64,000 bases of DNA from a virus: IMG/VR virus record IMGVR_UViG_3300010885_036069, positions 32,001 through 96,000 of that record; one strand, given 5' to 3'. The translations under genes and the position numbers were made by a program. The notes below the pieces were generated by a model that had not been told where the DNA came from, searched no databases, and saw only the letters and a program-made list of their open reading frames with translations. The stretch's first letter is position 1. Each line of letters begins with the position of its first letter. Positions 8,738 to 19,500 of the stretch are shown here, piece by piece.

Positions 8738-9164
8738 CATTGTTTTACACTTGCTTGATGTTGACTCCATTGAGCGTTTTACCTGCAATTGGGGGATGCA
8801 TCCCGAACCAAGTTTTTGGGATGTTGACGATGACACCTACATCAACGGCATCGTCATGACCATTGACAAGGATTACATCCTTGGTTCTCTGCTTGAAATC
8901 GTTGAGCGGAGTTCCGGCGTGGTCAGTTACCTTGCTGTAGTTGAGTTCCATGGTCCTGTTTTTGTGGGCGTGGAAATCGCAGTACGTGATTGGGATGCCG
9001 AGTGGTACCCCAATCCAGCAGGGACATTCTTTGATCGGAAGGTTTCTCAAGAGCTGGCATGCATTTGGGCAGTGGGGAAGATCCACGGGCTGATTGACTC
9101 CTGGTACGATAGGAAGAAGGCCACCTCGGAACGGACCCTCAATGCAATCACAGAACAAGATTGA
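8718..9164 (+). CDS. Hypothetical protein
   Basis: Overlaps the end of the deacetylase; GGAG RBS. Confidence 0.6.
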   Translation: MTASQTDIVLHLLDVDSIERFTCNWGMHPEPSFWDVDDDTYINGIVMTIDKDYILGSLLEIVERSSGVVSYLAVVEFHGPVFVGVEIAVRDWDAEWYPNPAGTFFDRKVSQELACIWAVGKIHGLIDSWYDRKKATSERTLNAITEQD

Positions 9165-9459
9165 TTTAGTCGCTGCTGAAATGCGCGCCCGAGTCAATAA
9201 ATTAAAACTTGAGTCAACTATCAGTTCATATGAACGGACCCAGATGGGCCTTTTGGCGACTCGACTTAGCGAGAACCTTCCCTACGGGGATGACTCTGAG
9301 GTTGCCCGTCTTGAGTGGATGCTGATTTTCCTAGAGGGCGATTTTGACTGGAAGAACAAGTACAAGGAAGTTTTCGGTTCTGCACTCAAAGAGCCGAAAA
9401 AGAAACGGGATATGAAGTTTCCCAAGCCACGATTTGAAACAAGATCGGAAATGGCGTGA
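9142..9459 (+). CDS. Hypothetical protein, paralog of 11240-11701
   Basis: Shares ID..A..MR.RVN and ARLE..L.FL.GD.DWK..YKEVFG with 11240-11701. Confidence 0.75.
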   Translation: MQSQNKIDLVAAEMRARVNKLKLESTISSYERTQMGLLATRLSENLPYGDDSEVARLEWMLIFLEGDFDWKNKYKEVFGSALKEPKKKRDMKFPKPRFETRSEMA

Positions 9460-11147
9460 ATTGGACTTCTATCAAGGTGGTGCAGGGCCGAATCGGTGGG
9501 ACTTCCCCATCGGTCGGCTCAGCAGCGCGCATGACGAGAAATCTGAAGCCCGCTGCCTATGATCCGGATTCTGTAGACATTGATAATGATGGTTGGCATC
9601 AAGAAGGAACGACTGCTCAGTGGTTCGGATTGGGTCGTAATCATGTGCTATTTCGCGCTATAGCCCAGGCTTTTCGCAACGAAGGTGGCGACGGTCAGAC
9701 TATGGCCATGCAGCGGCAGTTTATTGATCTTGAGGTACGACGAAATGCGCCGCCAGTTGAGTTGTCAGATGAAGATACTGACATTGCATTTATTGCTGGA
9801 GTTCTAACCAACAACGATCCGACTCGGGATCAACTCAGCGTTGCCGAACTAGCAACTGCTAGGCGATTCTTAAAATATCGCCAAGATAGTCGAAATGAAT
9901 TTGAGCCGAGAAACAAGCCCTTTCAGGATCTTGATGGAGAAATTACTCCGGATTCCGATGGCTCAGTTAAGGGTGCAATCAAGCGACTCATTGAAGCCCG
10001 CAAGAAGCGTCGCGAAGAGCGTGAATCACGATTTCAAGAAGAAGTTGATCGGATGATTGACGATCCAACCAAAGATCTAGCGATTGAATACAAAGATCGC
10101 TACATGACCGACATGAACAACGCTAAAGAATCCTACGATGAAATTTATCGTAGGATTATGGATGATTACGCCAAAAAAGTCCGGCGCCCGAGTGCAAATC
10201 AATGGGAAACCTCTCCAGAAATTCGCGAATGGGAAAGAATGAACCCTGAGCCAAACCACAGACTCTACGATTCTCATTCTGATCTTCTTGATGCTATGGG
10301 TGAATGGAATGATGCTCGATCGGACAAGGTTTGGGAACTTTCGCGTCCGGCATATCAGGCTTGGGTTGCAGAAGTTGAGAAGATGGCGAATGAGGAGTTC
10401 AAGCGAATTCACGGATCCTTACCAGGAGAAGGCACGGAAGACCTCCAAAGTCAAACGGGCTTACTCACGGATATGTTCACTTTTTCGGCAATGGGCCGTG
10501 ACGGCCAGCAATACGATTTCCGAGTTGAGAATGTTGTAGACATGTTTGGATCTCTAATGATCCAAGGCGGAGTTTACGATAAGGATGGAAACAACATTGG
10601 AACCTACGAGCGTTCCTTTAAGGATGAGTCAAGAGATGTTCATCATGATCATCTGATTTTTAATTCAAGTGTTCAAAACCTTGGACTTGGTAGCATTTTT
10701 AATGCTCGCAATGAACAAGTTTACAAACTGATGGGTTTTGAGAGCATTTCTACTGCCGGCTTGTCAAACGATAAGGAATACAAGGGTGCCACTCATTGGC
10801 CCAAGAATGGATTTGATTGGGCAGACGACTGGGAGCGAGACAAGTTCCTTGGTCGAATTCAGACCTTCATTGATTTTTGGGAAAGCGAAAGCGCAAGAAC
10901 TTCAGATCAAAATGTAACTATTGTCCTGAAAAAACAACTTCCAGATGGAACATTCCAAAATGTTTCTATTCCACTCTTTGCTTCTGCGGAAGAAGTTGAA
11001 ATGATTCGCAAAATGGTAGATATGGCTAGATCACAGGACTTTAATGATCCGAACCGATTGGTTGCAGATGATTTTCTTCAGTTCCAAGGAGCAGAAGAGG
11101 CATTTAAGGTCTGGAAAGCAACCATCAATTACACGAGAAGCATTTAA
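9456..11147 (+). CDS. Modular protein: DxDxDGxxQEGT tag plus C-terminal GNAT-like domain
   Basis: YDPDSVDIDNDGWHQEGT near the N-terminus; HDHL...VQNLGLG...GATHWPKNGFDW. Confidence 0.75.
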   Translation: MNWTSIKVVQGRIGGTSPSVGSAARMTRNLKPAAYDPDSVDIDNDGWHQEGTTAQWFGLGRNHVLFRAIAQAFRNEGGDGQTMAMQRQFIDLEVRRNAPPVELSDEDTDIAFIAGVLTNNDPTRDQLSVAELATARRFLKYRQDSRNEFEPRNKPFQDLDGEITPDSDGSVKGAIKRLIEARKKRREERESRFQEEVDRMIDDPTKDLAIEYKDRYMTDMNNAKESYDEIYRRIMDDYAKKVRRPSANQWETSPEIREWERMNPEPNHRLYDSHSDLLDAMGEWNDARSDKVWELSRPAYQAWVAEVEKMANEEFKRIHGSLPGEGTEDLQSQTGLLTDMFTFSAMGRDGQQYDFRVENVVDMFGSLMIQGGVYDKDGNNIGTYERSFKDESRDVHHDHLIFNSSVQNLGLGSIFNARNEQVYKLMGFESISTAGLSNDKEYKGATHWPKNGFDWADDWERDKFLGRIQTFIDFWESESARTSDQNVTIVLKKQLPDGTFQNVSIPLFASAEEVEMIRKMVDMARSQDFNDPNRLVADDFLQFQGAEEAFKVWKATINYTRSI

Positions 11148-11239
11148 GTATACCCTCCCCGCCACAAAATTTTTTCTTGGCTTCGCCATAAGAGATGCGT
11201 TGGTGGTTACTCAGTAAAACCGTCTATTCTGTAGGGATT

Positions 11240-11701
11240 ATGGCTACCGAAAATACAACTCCGCAACCGGCTCAGCCGACCCCAACTCCCGATCCCACAG
11301 CGGCTGCTCCGCCTGCCCCTCCAGAGGCTCCAGCACCCGCTGAAACGCCGACTGGAGAGCGCAAAGTCATCACTCCGCCGATTGACATGCTCGCAGAGCG
11401 GATGCGTGTACGGGTCAATCAGGGGTTCCTGAAGAGCAACCTTTCATCCGTAGATCGGAACTCGGTCAACCATCTTGCGGGAACACTTGCTCTTCAGAGC
11501 GACGAAAAAGACAAGGCATCAGCACGCCTTGAGTATCTGTTGTGTTTTTTGGATGGTGACATTGACTGGAAAAAACGATATAAGGAAGTTTTTGGTCTTG
11601 AACCGCCGAAGGAACGACGCTCTGTGATCATTCCCGAGTCAGTCCGTAAGCGCGGCAAGATTTCTTCAGCCAAGGGTGTAATAGAGGAACCCGATTACTG
11701 A
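11240..11701 (+). CDS. Hypothetical protein with a Pro-rich N-terminus, paralog of 9142-9459
   Basis: Shared core motifs; TGATG coupling to the next gene. Confidence 0.75.
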   Translation: MATENTTPQPAQPTPTPDPTAAAPPAPPEAPAPAETPTGERKVITPPIDMLAERMRVRVNQGFLKSNLSSVDRNSVNHLAGTLALQSDEKDKASARLEYLLCFLDGDIDWKKRYKEVFGLEPPKERRSVIIPESVRKRGKISSAKGVIEEPDY

Positions 11702-14700
11702 TGAGCATCTTTGAGTCTTCTTGGGACAAAATTGAAATCAAGAAGATTCCAGGCTCACTCGGAACGCCAAACGCTCCAAGTGGGCCTGGTCGTCCGCGCA
11801 AACTTATTCCTGCCGTCTTTGACCCAAAGTCTGCCGATGCTGATTCCGATGGTTGGCGACAAGAGGGAACAACTGCTCGCTGGTACGGACTCGTTCCCAG
11901 TAATCCCATCTACAAGACTGTTCTTAGGAACCTAGAGAAAATTAAAGATCCCGAGGGAACCACTGACTGGCTCCCCGTCGGGATGACAAATCTTGATGAG
12001 TGGCTTGGGACTATTGATGAAATTGAAAATCATCGACTAAGGGCGCCAAAAGTTGAACTTTCAACGCGCGAGGCCGACCTTAGTTTTATTGCTGGTCAGG
12101 TAGATCTCAGGGCGCGTCAGGCACAAGCAAGTGGCCGAGAAGCCCCAAATATTGCCAGCGAAACGCGCCGAGCTGCTGCTTGGGTTAAAGGCCGAGAAAT
12201 TCAGCGACGACGCTTTGGAAAGGCTGATGAGTTTTTTTCTGACGCAGATCAGAGCGTCATCGTAAAGGCAGATCAACTCATTGAGGATCTGAAGAAGCAG
12301 CGCATTGAGCGTGACGCCAAGATCAAGCAAATTGTTCAACTTGATCCCGAGGTGGCAAAACTTGCTCGCGAATTTGACCCAACAAAATATGCTGAATCAA
12401 GGATGGAACTTTGGGAATGGTCGGACCTCAACGAAGAAGAATACCCCCCACCGGTAAGAGGTGATTTTGAAACCGAGCGAGATTACTTGGATGCGGTGAC
12501 ACAGTGGAACGCAGAATCTAATGATCGCTGGATTGATTACGAAAATGGCTATCAGGGGGATTCACCAGGTGACGAACTGGACAATCTAGTAGCGAACGTC
12601 TTTGACTTCTCTTTCACCAGCACTGAAGGTGATGATTACTATGTTCAGGTTGACTACATTGACGATGTAACGCAAGAGGGCATGAAATTACACTTCAGTA
12701 TTCGTACTGAAGGAGAGGGCAGTAGTCACGGATACCCCGATGGGACTCAAGTTGGGAATCTTGAACGGTCTTTGAATTTCTACCAAGGAACCGTTTATCA
12801 CGAAATTTTCATGCTTGACGAAGATGTCCGAGGTGGGCAGATTTCTGGAATCATTAACGCCCGCAATGAGCAGATTTATGAGGCAATGGGCATAAGGCAG
12901 ATTTCTGTTTCAGCCACCAGTAGCCAAAGCATGAATGGTGCGACCCACTGGCCGAAGGTTGGTTTTGACTGGGGCGATTCCATGGAGCGGGATTCCTATA
13001 TGAAGGTAATTGAAAAAGCCCTCGATGCGTTCGCATCTGACCTTGAAGATAATCCCGATGAACTGCCATGGGTCATTCTTGCACGCGATGCGAATGACAT
13101 AAAAGTTCCCATTTTTGCTTCCAGAGAAGAAGCCGAAATTGTCCGAGCGTTAGTTGAGCGAGCCAAGACTGAACAGTTTGATGACCCTGATCGACTAACT
13201 GCCGGCGACTTAGTTAACTGGGCTGGTGCCGAGGCTTGGTTCAAGCAAAGTCGAGTAACTGGACATTTAGTAAAGCCGGTTGGATCTAGCGGTAAGAACC
13301 CAGCAGTTAAGTGGCTAATCATTGAGCCTGAATACAAGGCCGTTGTTAAGCCAAATAAACCCAATCTCCCCAACACCCCAAAGAAGCCGAGCGTTGGCGG
13401 TGGCGCACCAAAACCTCGAGCCTTGAAACCTGCGGTATTTGATCCTCGTTCTGTGGACGTAGATAACGATGGCTGGCATCAGGAGGGAACTACTGCTGCT
13501 TGGTTTGGGGCCGGTCTTAATAATCCAGTGGTAAAGGAACTCCAAGACGCTCTTGGAAAACTTGGTGATGATGATCGGGAGTCTTCATACAATGCGATGA
13601 TTGCAACTGGCGGATATGGGATCTTTGAGGGCGCTCCAACTCCAGAAGCCTCAACCGCAGAGGCTGATCTTGCGTGGCTTGGTGGAAAAATTGTTCTCAA
13701 TGAGCAGCAACGGGAATCTTGGATGAGTGGCCCTCCCCCGCCACGTGTTGGTGGTGCTGATCGCTCACTTGAGGCCCAGTGGCTTCATGGGCGAGAAGAA
13801 GCACGGCGTCGTGGTGGAGTTCGGGAACAAGTCATCCCAACTCCAGAAATTGAAAAACTTGACGACGAAACCGTTTTTCAAGCAATTGATAAAGCCATTA
13901 CCGCCCGCCAAGAACGGCGCGCAATTCTTGATGCGAAAACACGAATTAAGTCCGATGATGCGGTATCTAGCGAATCAATAGAAAAAGCACAAAACTTTAA
14001 AGTTGATGATTATCCACCCGCCGATGGCTACGAAGTCGCTGACTATACCGAATGGTCAAAGACTTCTTACGAACCGCGTCCGGAAGCGATGGACTATCCG
14101 CTTGGGGGGACGCCGGAAGAATTTGAAGCATATGAAGCCAGCGTGGCGGAAACTATGCGATGGTCTGCTGATTCTTGGGATGCTTGGATTGAGTTTCAAA
14201 GAGAGCATGAAGATCTTGCAAATTCCGACCTGAGGGGAGCTACTAAGGAACTCTTTGAGTTTGAGTTCATTGGAAACAATGGGAAAACGTACTCAACCAG
14301 AGTTGATCGTGTTGTCCAATCCGCCATTGAACTTGATTCCGGTGAAGAAGGCACAATGTTTGGAATCAATGGAGTCTTCCTGGATGAAGATGGAAATCAA
14401 GTTGGATTTTTTGATCGTTCGTTTTATCCAGACCTTGGGATGGTAACCCACAATCATCTTGTTATTGACCAAGGGGAACGTGGTTCTCAGGTTTCAGGAA
14501 TTTTCAATTCTCGGAATGAAATCCTTTACCAAGAAATGGGTTACCACACCATCGGCGTAGGGGCGATGAGTGGGGCGGGTTACAACGGTGCTACCCACTG
14601 GCCCAAAGTTGGCTTTGACTGGGTGGACGAGGACCAAAGGAGCCTCACTCTCGGGGCGGTTGAAGACGCTTTGACTGAATTCGCTCTGGCAATCAAGGAG

Positions 14701-16551
14701 GATCCAGATGCACTTCCAATGCTCATTAAGATCATTGAAGATAACGATAATCCAGACATAACGACCGAAGTTAGGATTCCGATCTTTGCTTCTCGGGAAG
14801 AAGCCGAATCTGTTGCACTTTTAATCGCAATTGCGCGAGATCAAAATCTTGAAGACTCGGATCGACTAACCGCTGGTGATTTTGTTAACTGGTCTGGAGC
14901 TGAACTTTTTTTTCAGGAAAAGGGTATTCAGATTGAGTTAAGTCGCTCTATTGGTGGTCAAAAAGAATCTGCTGATGTTCCGGATGTCACGTCAGATGCT
15001 GGTATTGCAGTTGGCGGAATGAGCGCTGAAGAAATCCAAGAAAAAAATAAGAAAATTCTTAATGAGTTGGAAGTGGCTGGTTCCAGTTTTGGACGTATTG
15101 ATGAGGATTACAAGAGAGCGCAAGAACAAGCCGCGGCTGAAGGACGAGTTAACTCCCTTCATGTCCCGAAAACCCGTGAAGAAGCAATAGAAGCACGAAG
15201 AGAAACAACATCAGCCACAATCACTGCTGTTCGTGCTTACTTGGAAACCGGTGAACTCACTCCATGGAATGGCCGTGTTGGTATTAGTGAGTCTGATGCA
15301 GGGGCCTTAGACAACATGCCGCAAGCCTTACGGGAACTAATACTCACATCTACTGATGATGATTTAAACGACATGATCCTCAGTCAAGCAACACGAATGC
15401 AGGAAGAAGTGAAGGCGGGACGTATCCGTGTCAACGTGACAGATTCACGATTAGGTGCTGTTGTTGAAGATGGAGAATATAAGACGGTTTTTTCTGGCGC
15501 TCTAACGGATAATGCAAGAGTTGCTGGACGCGAGCAAATAGATGCTCGTATTTTGGGTATTCCAAGTGACATAGCGCCAGAACTTCACCCCGCATCCGGC
15601 TATGCCATCACCAGAGAACAAGGTCAGGCGGTGCGGGGAGATGGAGATGTTGAAGATACGGAACTCGCGTCCAAGTTGACGGGTATTGGTGGAACCTACG
15701 GAGATGTTGTATTTGAGTTGAAGCCCGAGGTCGCTGACCGAACATCGTGGAGTCTTGGTGACAGTATGAATGCCAAGGGTCCCGGTGTCGTCCGAATGGA
15801 TGAGGATGATCCCGAATACATCGCAGCCGTAATGATCAACGGAAGCGGCACGAAGAAACCACAAAATGTTGTACTCAACATGCTGGAAAGTGAACGCAAC
15901 GAAACGACATTGACAGCATCCGTCAGCAGACTCGGCGGGATTCCCGCTGCCAAAAGTCCAAATGAAGTTTCAGGCGCCGGTCATGACTACATCGAAACTA
16001 ACATTGCTGGAAGTTTCAATCTTGACGAAGTAGATTCAATTCGAGTCCCAAGCATTGAAACACTGAAGAAATCTGCCCTCCCTGTCGAAAGTGATGCCGA
16101 TGATTTGATTGACGGGAGATTTATGGAAAGGCAAAAGTTGGAGGCTGCCGGTATGACCGAAGGGCAGATTGCCTACATACTTGAGTTGAAAGAATCAGAT
16201 CCCAGTGCTTACAGGGAATATCTTCAAGACCAAAGACTCCAAAGCCTTGTTTACGCAGAACAAGTAGATAAGTTCGGAAAAAGCCTGTCCGAGAAGCATG
16301 GAGTGAGGCTTCTCATCGGGGATGAAGGGCGCAGTCCCGAGCAAGAAGTAGAGAAGCGACTTGAAAAAGTAAAACCCTTTTATGACACCCTTGCTAGAGA
16401 TGTTGATGCAGCGATAGCCAGTCGAGACGAAGATGCTCGTCGGATTGTTGAAGGTTTGCCAACTTTGGCCCAAGAAAGTCAAGCGGCACGAGAGGCTGAA
16501 GAAGCCCGAATTGCTGCCGGTGGCGGCTTAGACGTTGGAGGTCTTGGTTAA
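11701..16551 (+). CDS. 1616-aa polyprotein: two (tag + GNAT-like) modules and a C-terminal DUF3626-like domain
   Basis: Tags at about 11820 and 13440; GATHWPKVGFDW twice; YGDVVFELKPEVADRTSWSLGDS...DYIETNIAG. Confidence 0.75.
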   Translation: MSIFESSWDKIEIKKIPGSLGTPNAPSGPGRPRKLIPAVFDPKSADADSDGWRQEGTTARWYGLVPSNPIYKTVLRNLEKIKDPEGTTDWLPVGMTNLDEWLGTIDEIENHRLRAPKVELSTREADLSFIAGQVDLRARQAQASGREAPNIASETRRAAAWVKGREIQRRRFGKADEFFSDADQSVIVKADQLIEDLKKQRIERDAKIKQIVQLDPEVAKLAREFDPTKYAESRMELWEWSDLNEEEYPPPVRGDFETERDYLDAVTQWNAESNDRWIDYENGYQGDSPGDELDNLVANVFDFSFTSTEGDDYYVQVDYIDDVTQEGMKLHFSIRTEGEGSSHGYPDGTQVGNLERSLNFYQGTVYHEIFMLDEDVRGGQISGIINARNEQIYEAMGIRQISVSATSSQSMNGATHWPKVGFDWGDSMERDSYMKVIEKALDAFASDLEDNPDELPWVILARDANDIKVPIFASREEAEIVRALVERAKTEQFDDPDRLTAGDLVNWAGAEAWFKQSRVTGHLVKPVGSSGKNPAVKWLIIEPEYKAVVKPNKPNLPNTPKKPSVGGGAPKPRALKPAVFDPRSVDVDNDGWHQEGTTAAWFGAGLNNPVVKELQDALGKLGDDDRESSYNAMIATGGYGIFEGAPTPEASTAEADLAWLGGKIVLNEQQRESWMSGPPPPRVGGADRSLEAQWLHGREEARRRGGVREQVIPTPEIEKLDDETVFQAIDKAITARQERRAILDAKTRIKSDDAVSSESIEKAQNFKVDDYPPADGYEVADYTEWSKTSYEPRPEAMDYPLGGTPEEFEAYEASVAETMRWSADSWDAWIEFQREHEDLANSDLRGATKELFEFEFIGNNGKTYSTRVDRVVQSAIELDSGEEGTMFGINGVFLDEDGNQVGFFDRSFYPDLGMVTHNHLVIDQGERGSQVSGIFNSRNEILYQEMGYHTIGVGAMSGAGYNGATHWPKVGFDWVDEDQRSLTLGAVEDALTEFALAIKEDPDALPMLIKIIEDNDNPDITTEVRIPIFASREEAESVALLIAIARDQNLEDSDRLTAGDFVNWSGAELFFQEKGIQIELSRSIGGQKESADVPDVTSDAGIAVGGMSAEEIQEKNKKILNELEVAGSSFGRIDEDYKRAQEQAAAEGRVNSLHVPKTREEAIEARRETTSATITAVRAYLETGELTPWNGRVGISESDAGALDNMPQALRELILTSTDDDLNDMILSQATRMQEEVKAGRIRVNVTDSRLGAVVEDGEYKTVFSGALTDNARVAGREQIDARILGIPSDIAPELHPASGYAITREQGQAVRGDGDVEDTELASKLTGIGGTYGDVVFELKPEVADRTSWSLGDSMNAKGPGVVRMDEDDPEYIAAVMINGSGTKKPQNVVLNMLESERNETTLTASVSRLGGIPAAKSPNEVSGAGHDYIETNIAGSFNLDEVDSIRVPSIETLKKSALPVESDADDLIDGRFMERQKLEAAGMTEGQIAYILELKESDPSAYREYLQDQRLQSLVYAEQVDKFGKSLSEKHGVRLLIGDEGRSPEQEVEKRLEKVKPFYDTLARDVDAAIASRDEDARRIVEGLPTLAQESQAAREAEEARIAAGGGLDVGGLG

Positions 16552-16553
16552 TT

Positions 16554-19500
16554 ATGGTTAAGCAGCAAATGATTGAAGTCGCAAAAACTTCAGATGCCAA
16601 AATCTATTTCATAATCAATCCAAAAGACATTGACAGTGATGGCGTAGTCATTAGGGGTAAAGAAACGGAGTATGTCCGATTTTGGTCGTATGTGACTCGC
16701 CTTGGTTCTGAACTTGTTCCGTTAACCAATAATGAATTTCTTAAATCTTTATGGATGTCAAATCTAAAAAGAAACAGCAAAAACTGGGCAAAAGCAAGCG
16801 AGGACTGGACTAAGAAGTTTCTCAATAGGGAAGTTGAATTCACCAGAGAAGAACTGAAATCAATAAGAACAAGTTTGATTCCAACTCCAATTGGTGAAAC
16901 TTCCAGTGGGGTCAAAAAGCAAGTTAGGCGTCGAGTCCTTTCTAAGAAAATCCTCCTTGAACAGATTGAACTCAAGGCCGTCAACAAGCCAAATCTCCCC
17001 AATACACCGAGCAAGCCAGGTTTGGGCGGGGGCGCTCCAAGCGCTCGCGTACTAAAGCCTGCGGTGTTTGATCCTCGTTCAGTAGATGTTGATAGCGACG
17101 GATGGCATCAAGAAGGCACTACCGCAGCCTGGTTTGGTGCTGGACTAAACAATCCGATTGTTGAATCTCTTAGGTCAGAAATGAGGCTAATCCAAGGGGC
17201 CGGAAATGCAGATTTAACCCATATGGCCAATTTGAACCAGTCGTACTTTAGTGATGCGCCCCCACCGCTGGGTTCAACCCTTGAAGCGGATTTATCTTGG
17301 CTTGGGGGCAAGCTCCTTAAAGCAAATGTGACGGACCCCGGCATGATAGAGGGTCGGTGGCTCGTTGGACGAGAGCAGGTTCGCAAGCAGAGTGGAATTA
17401 GAGAGGAGATCCTTCCAACTCCAGACATTTCTGAACTCAGCGATTCCGACATTATGGAGAATCTTGAGCAGATAATTGATGCTCGCAAGAAGGCGAGAGT
17501 TGCTAAAGACGCTAAAACTCGCATTATGGCCTCCGACAATTTGAGCGATGAGGCCGCAGGCGCCGCTAAAGATTTTGACTTTGATGCGATCAACCCTGAC
17601 GATGCCGATGAAGTTGCCCGAGCAATGTTCAATTTTGAATTTGTTGGGATGGATGATCAAAAGTATTCAGTTGAATTGGGTAAGAGTTATCTCCAGAGAG
17701 ATGATTATCAAGGCAGGCGCCTCACGATTAGCGGAAAAATTTTCAAAGACGGGAAAGAAGTTGGATTCTTTGACCGGACTATCTATTTAGACAAAAAAAC
17801 AGTTGCCCATGACCATATGCATCTTGACGAAGAGGTTCGCGGAGCGCAGATTTCAGGAATTATTAATTCTCGGAATGAATTGGTTTATCGCTCTTTGGGA
17901 TGCGATGCAATATCAACCAAAGCAACTAGCAATATCGGATACAACGGAGCAACACATTGGCCCAAGGTTGGATTTGACTGGGAGGATGATTATGCCCGTG
18001 AAGTTTATTTTGCTTCTATTGATTCTGCGTTGACTAAATTTGCTCTAGGAATTTCTGAAGAACCAGACGCATTGCCAATGATGATGAAATATGATGACAG
18101 TACTGGTTCATTTGTAAATCTTCCAATTTTTGCATCGCGAGAAGAGGCTGAAGAGGTTGCTCTTCTCTTAACCCTTGCTCGGACTCAAAGTATGGATGAT
18201 CCAGATCGACTTACATCTGGAGATTTAGTGAACTGGTCTGGTGCTGAATCATGGTTCCAAATCAACAATATTGAAGGAAATCTAGTTCGCAACATTGGTG
18301 GGCAGGAGGACATTGCGGATGTCCCTGAAGTCGCTGATATTCCCGAAGTTTCCAAACCCGAAATTCCGGCCAAAATGTCAAAACGCCCTAACTGGCTCAC
18401 TATGGAAATATTTAGTGAAGATCTTGAGGTGGCGATTTCTGAAATTCCAGAACAGAAATTGAAAAATGAAAAAGTACAAAAACTTATAGCGGATCTTAGA
18501 TATAGAGGTGAAAGTGCCTTCTTTTTTGGGGACTCCAATGGCAATGATACCTTTTTCCCTGGTGATCCAGAAGCGGATGAACCAGAAAAGGGCGCTCCTT
18601 TTGCAGAAAATTTAAACTTTGTTATTGATGAAGTTATCAGCGTAGGAGCAGATTCTATGAACTCTTATGTTAATTGGCTTACTGCAAGGGAACAGCAGAC
18701 TTATCGAATGGAACTTTTCGCTTCTGGGGAGCGGGATGAATTATATGACTTTGGAACAAAAGATGGTGATTTACTCAGTGTTGATGTGGACAAAGTTGTA
18801 ACAATGGCGCTTGATCCCACCGCTGATGAAGATCGCATCAAAGAGAGTGAGATTGAACTTCTTGATCTCCAAAGCAAGATGGTTGAAAGACTTGGGCGAC
18901 CAGGTGCAGAGTGGAGACATATTTCTTTCATTAACGGCAGTGGCAAAGAAGTCACCATGGTTAGGGGCATTGATTTTAACAAAGAGCAAGAAATGAAGGC
19001 TGCAATTGCACATGGCATTGGAAGTCTCATGGCTGACGAACTTAGTGTTGAGGAAATGATTGTCATGATTTACTTTATTGGTGCAGGATATGAGGCTGAA
19101 ATTTCTGATGAAACCCTTAATGACTTTGTGAGCAATTTCGGGAAAGGAGGCAAGGATCGACTTGCAATGACGCCTGAAGGCAGGGTTGAGCGGGGATGGC
19201 CTGGAACCAATAGCGATCAAGCAATTTCTCCCCTTTCGCCAGATTACAAAAAATTTATGGGTGAGTATATTGCCGATCAGTTGCTTGGAGCGTGGGCGCA
19301 TTCATCAAATAGCGGACTTGCGCTTGGAATTCAAAGTGCGGTAGAGCAAATTTTTGGTCAAAAGGATGGTGTTCGTTCATTTAAAATTTCAAACGATGAT
19401 CCTGAAATTACGAATGTGTATGAAGAGTTTGTAAAAGCGCAATACTTAATAACTCAGACAATGTTCAGAGATGCTGGGATAACAAAAATAACTACCCATC

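Noticed and set aside
9540-9630. Tag A as a dockerin or EF-hand domain
   Set aside because: Only a DxDxDG loop is present, without flanking helices or a paired repeat. Calcium binding remains possible, but the domain call is unsupported.
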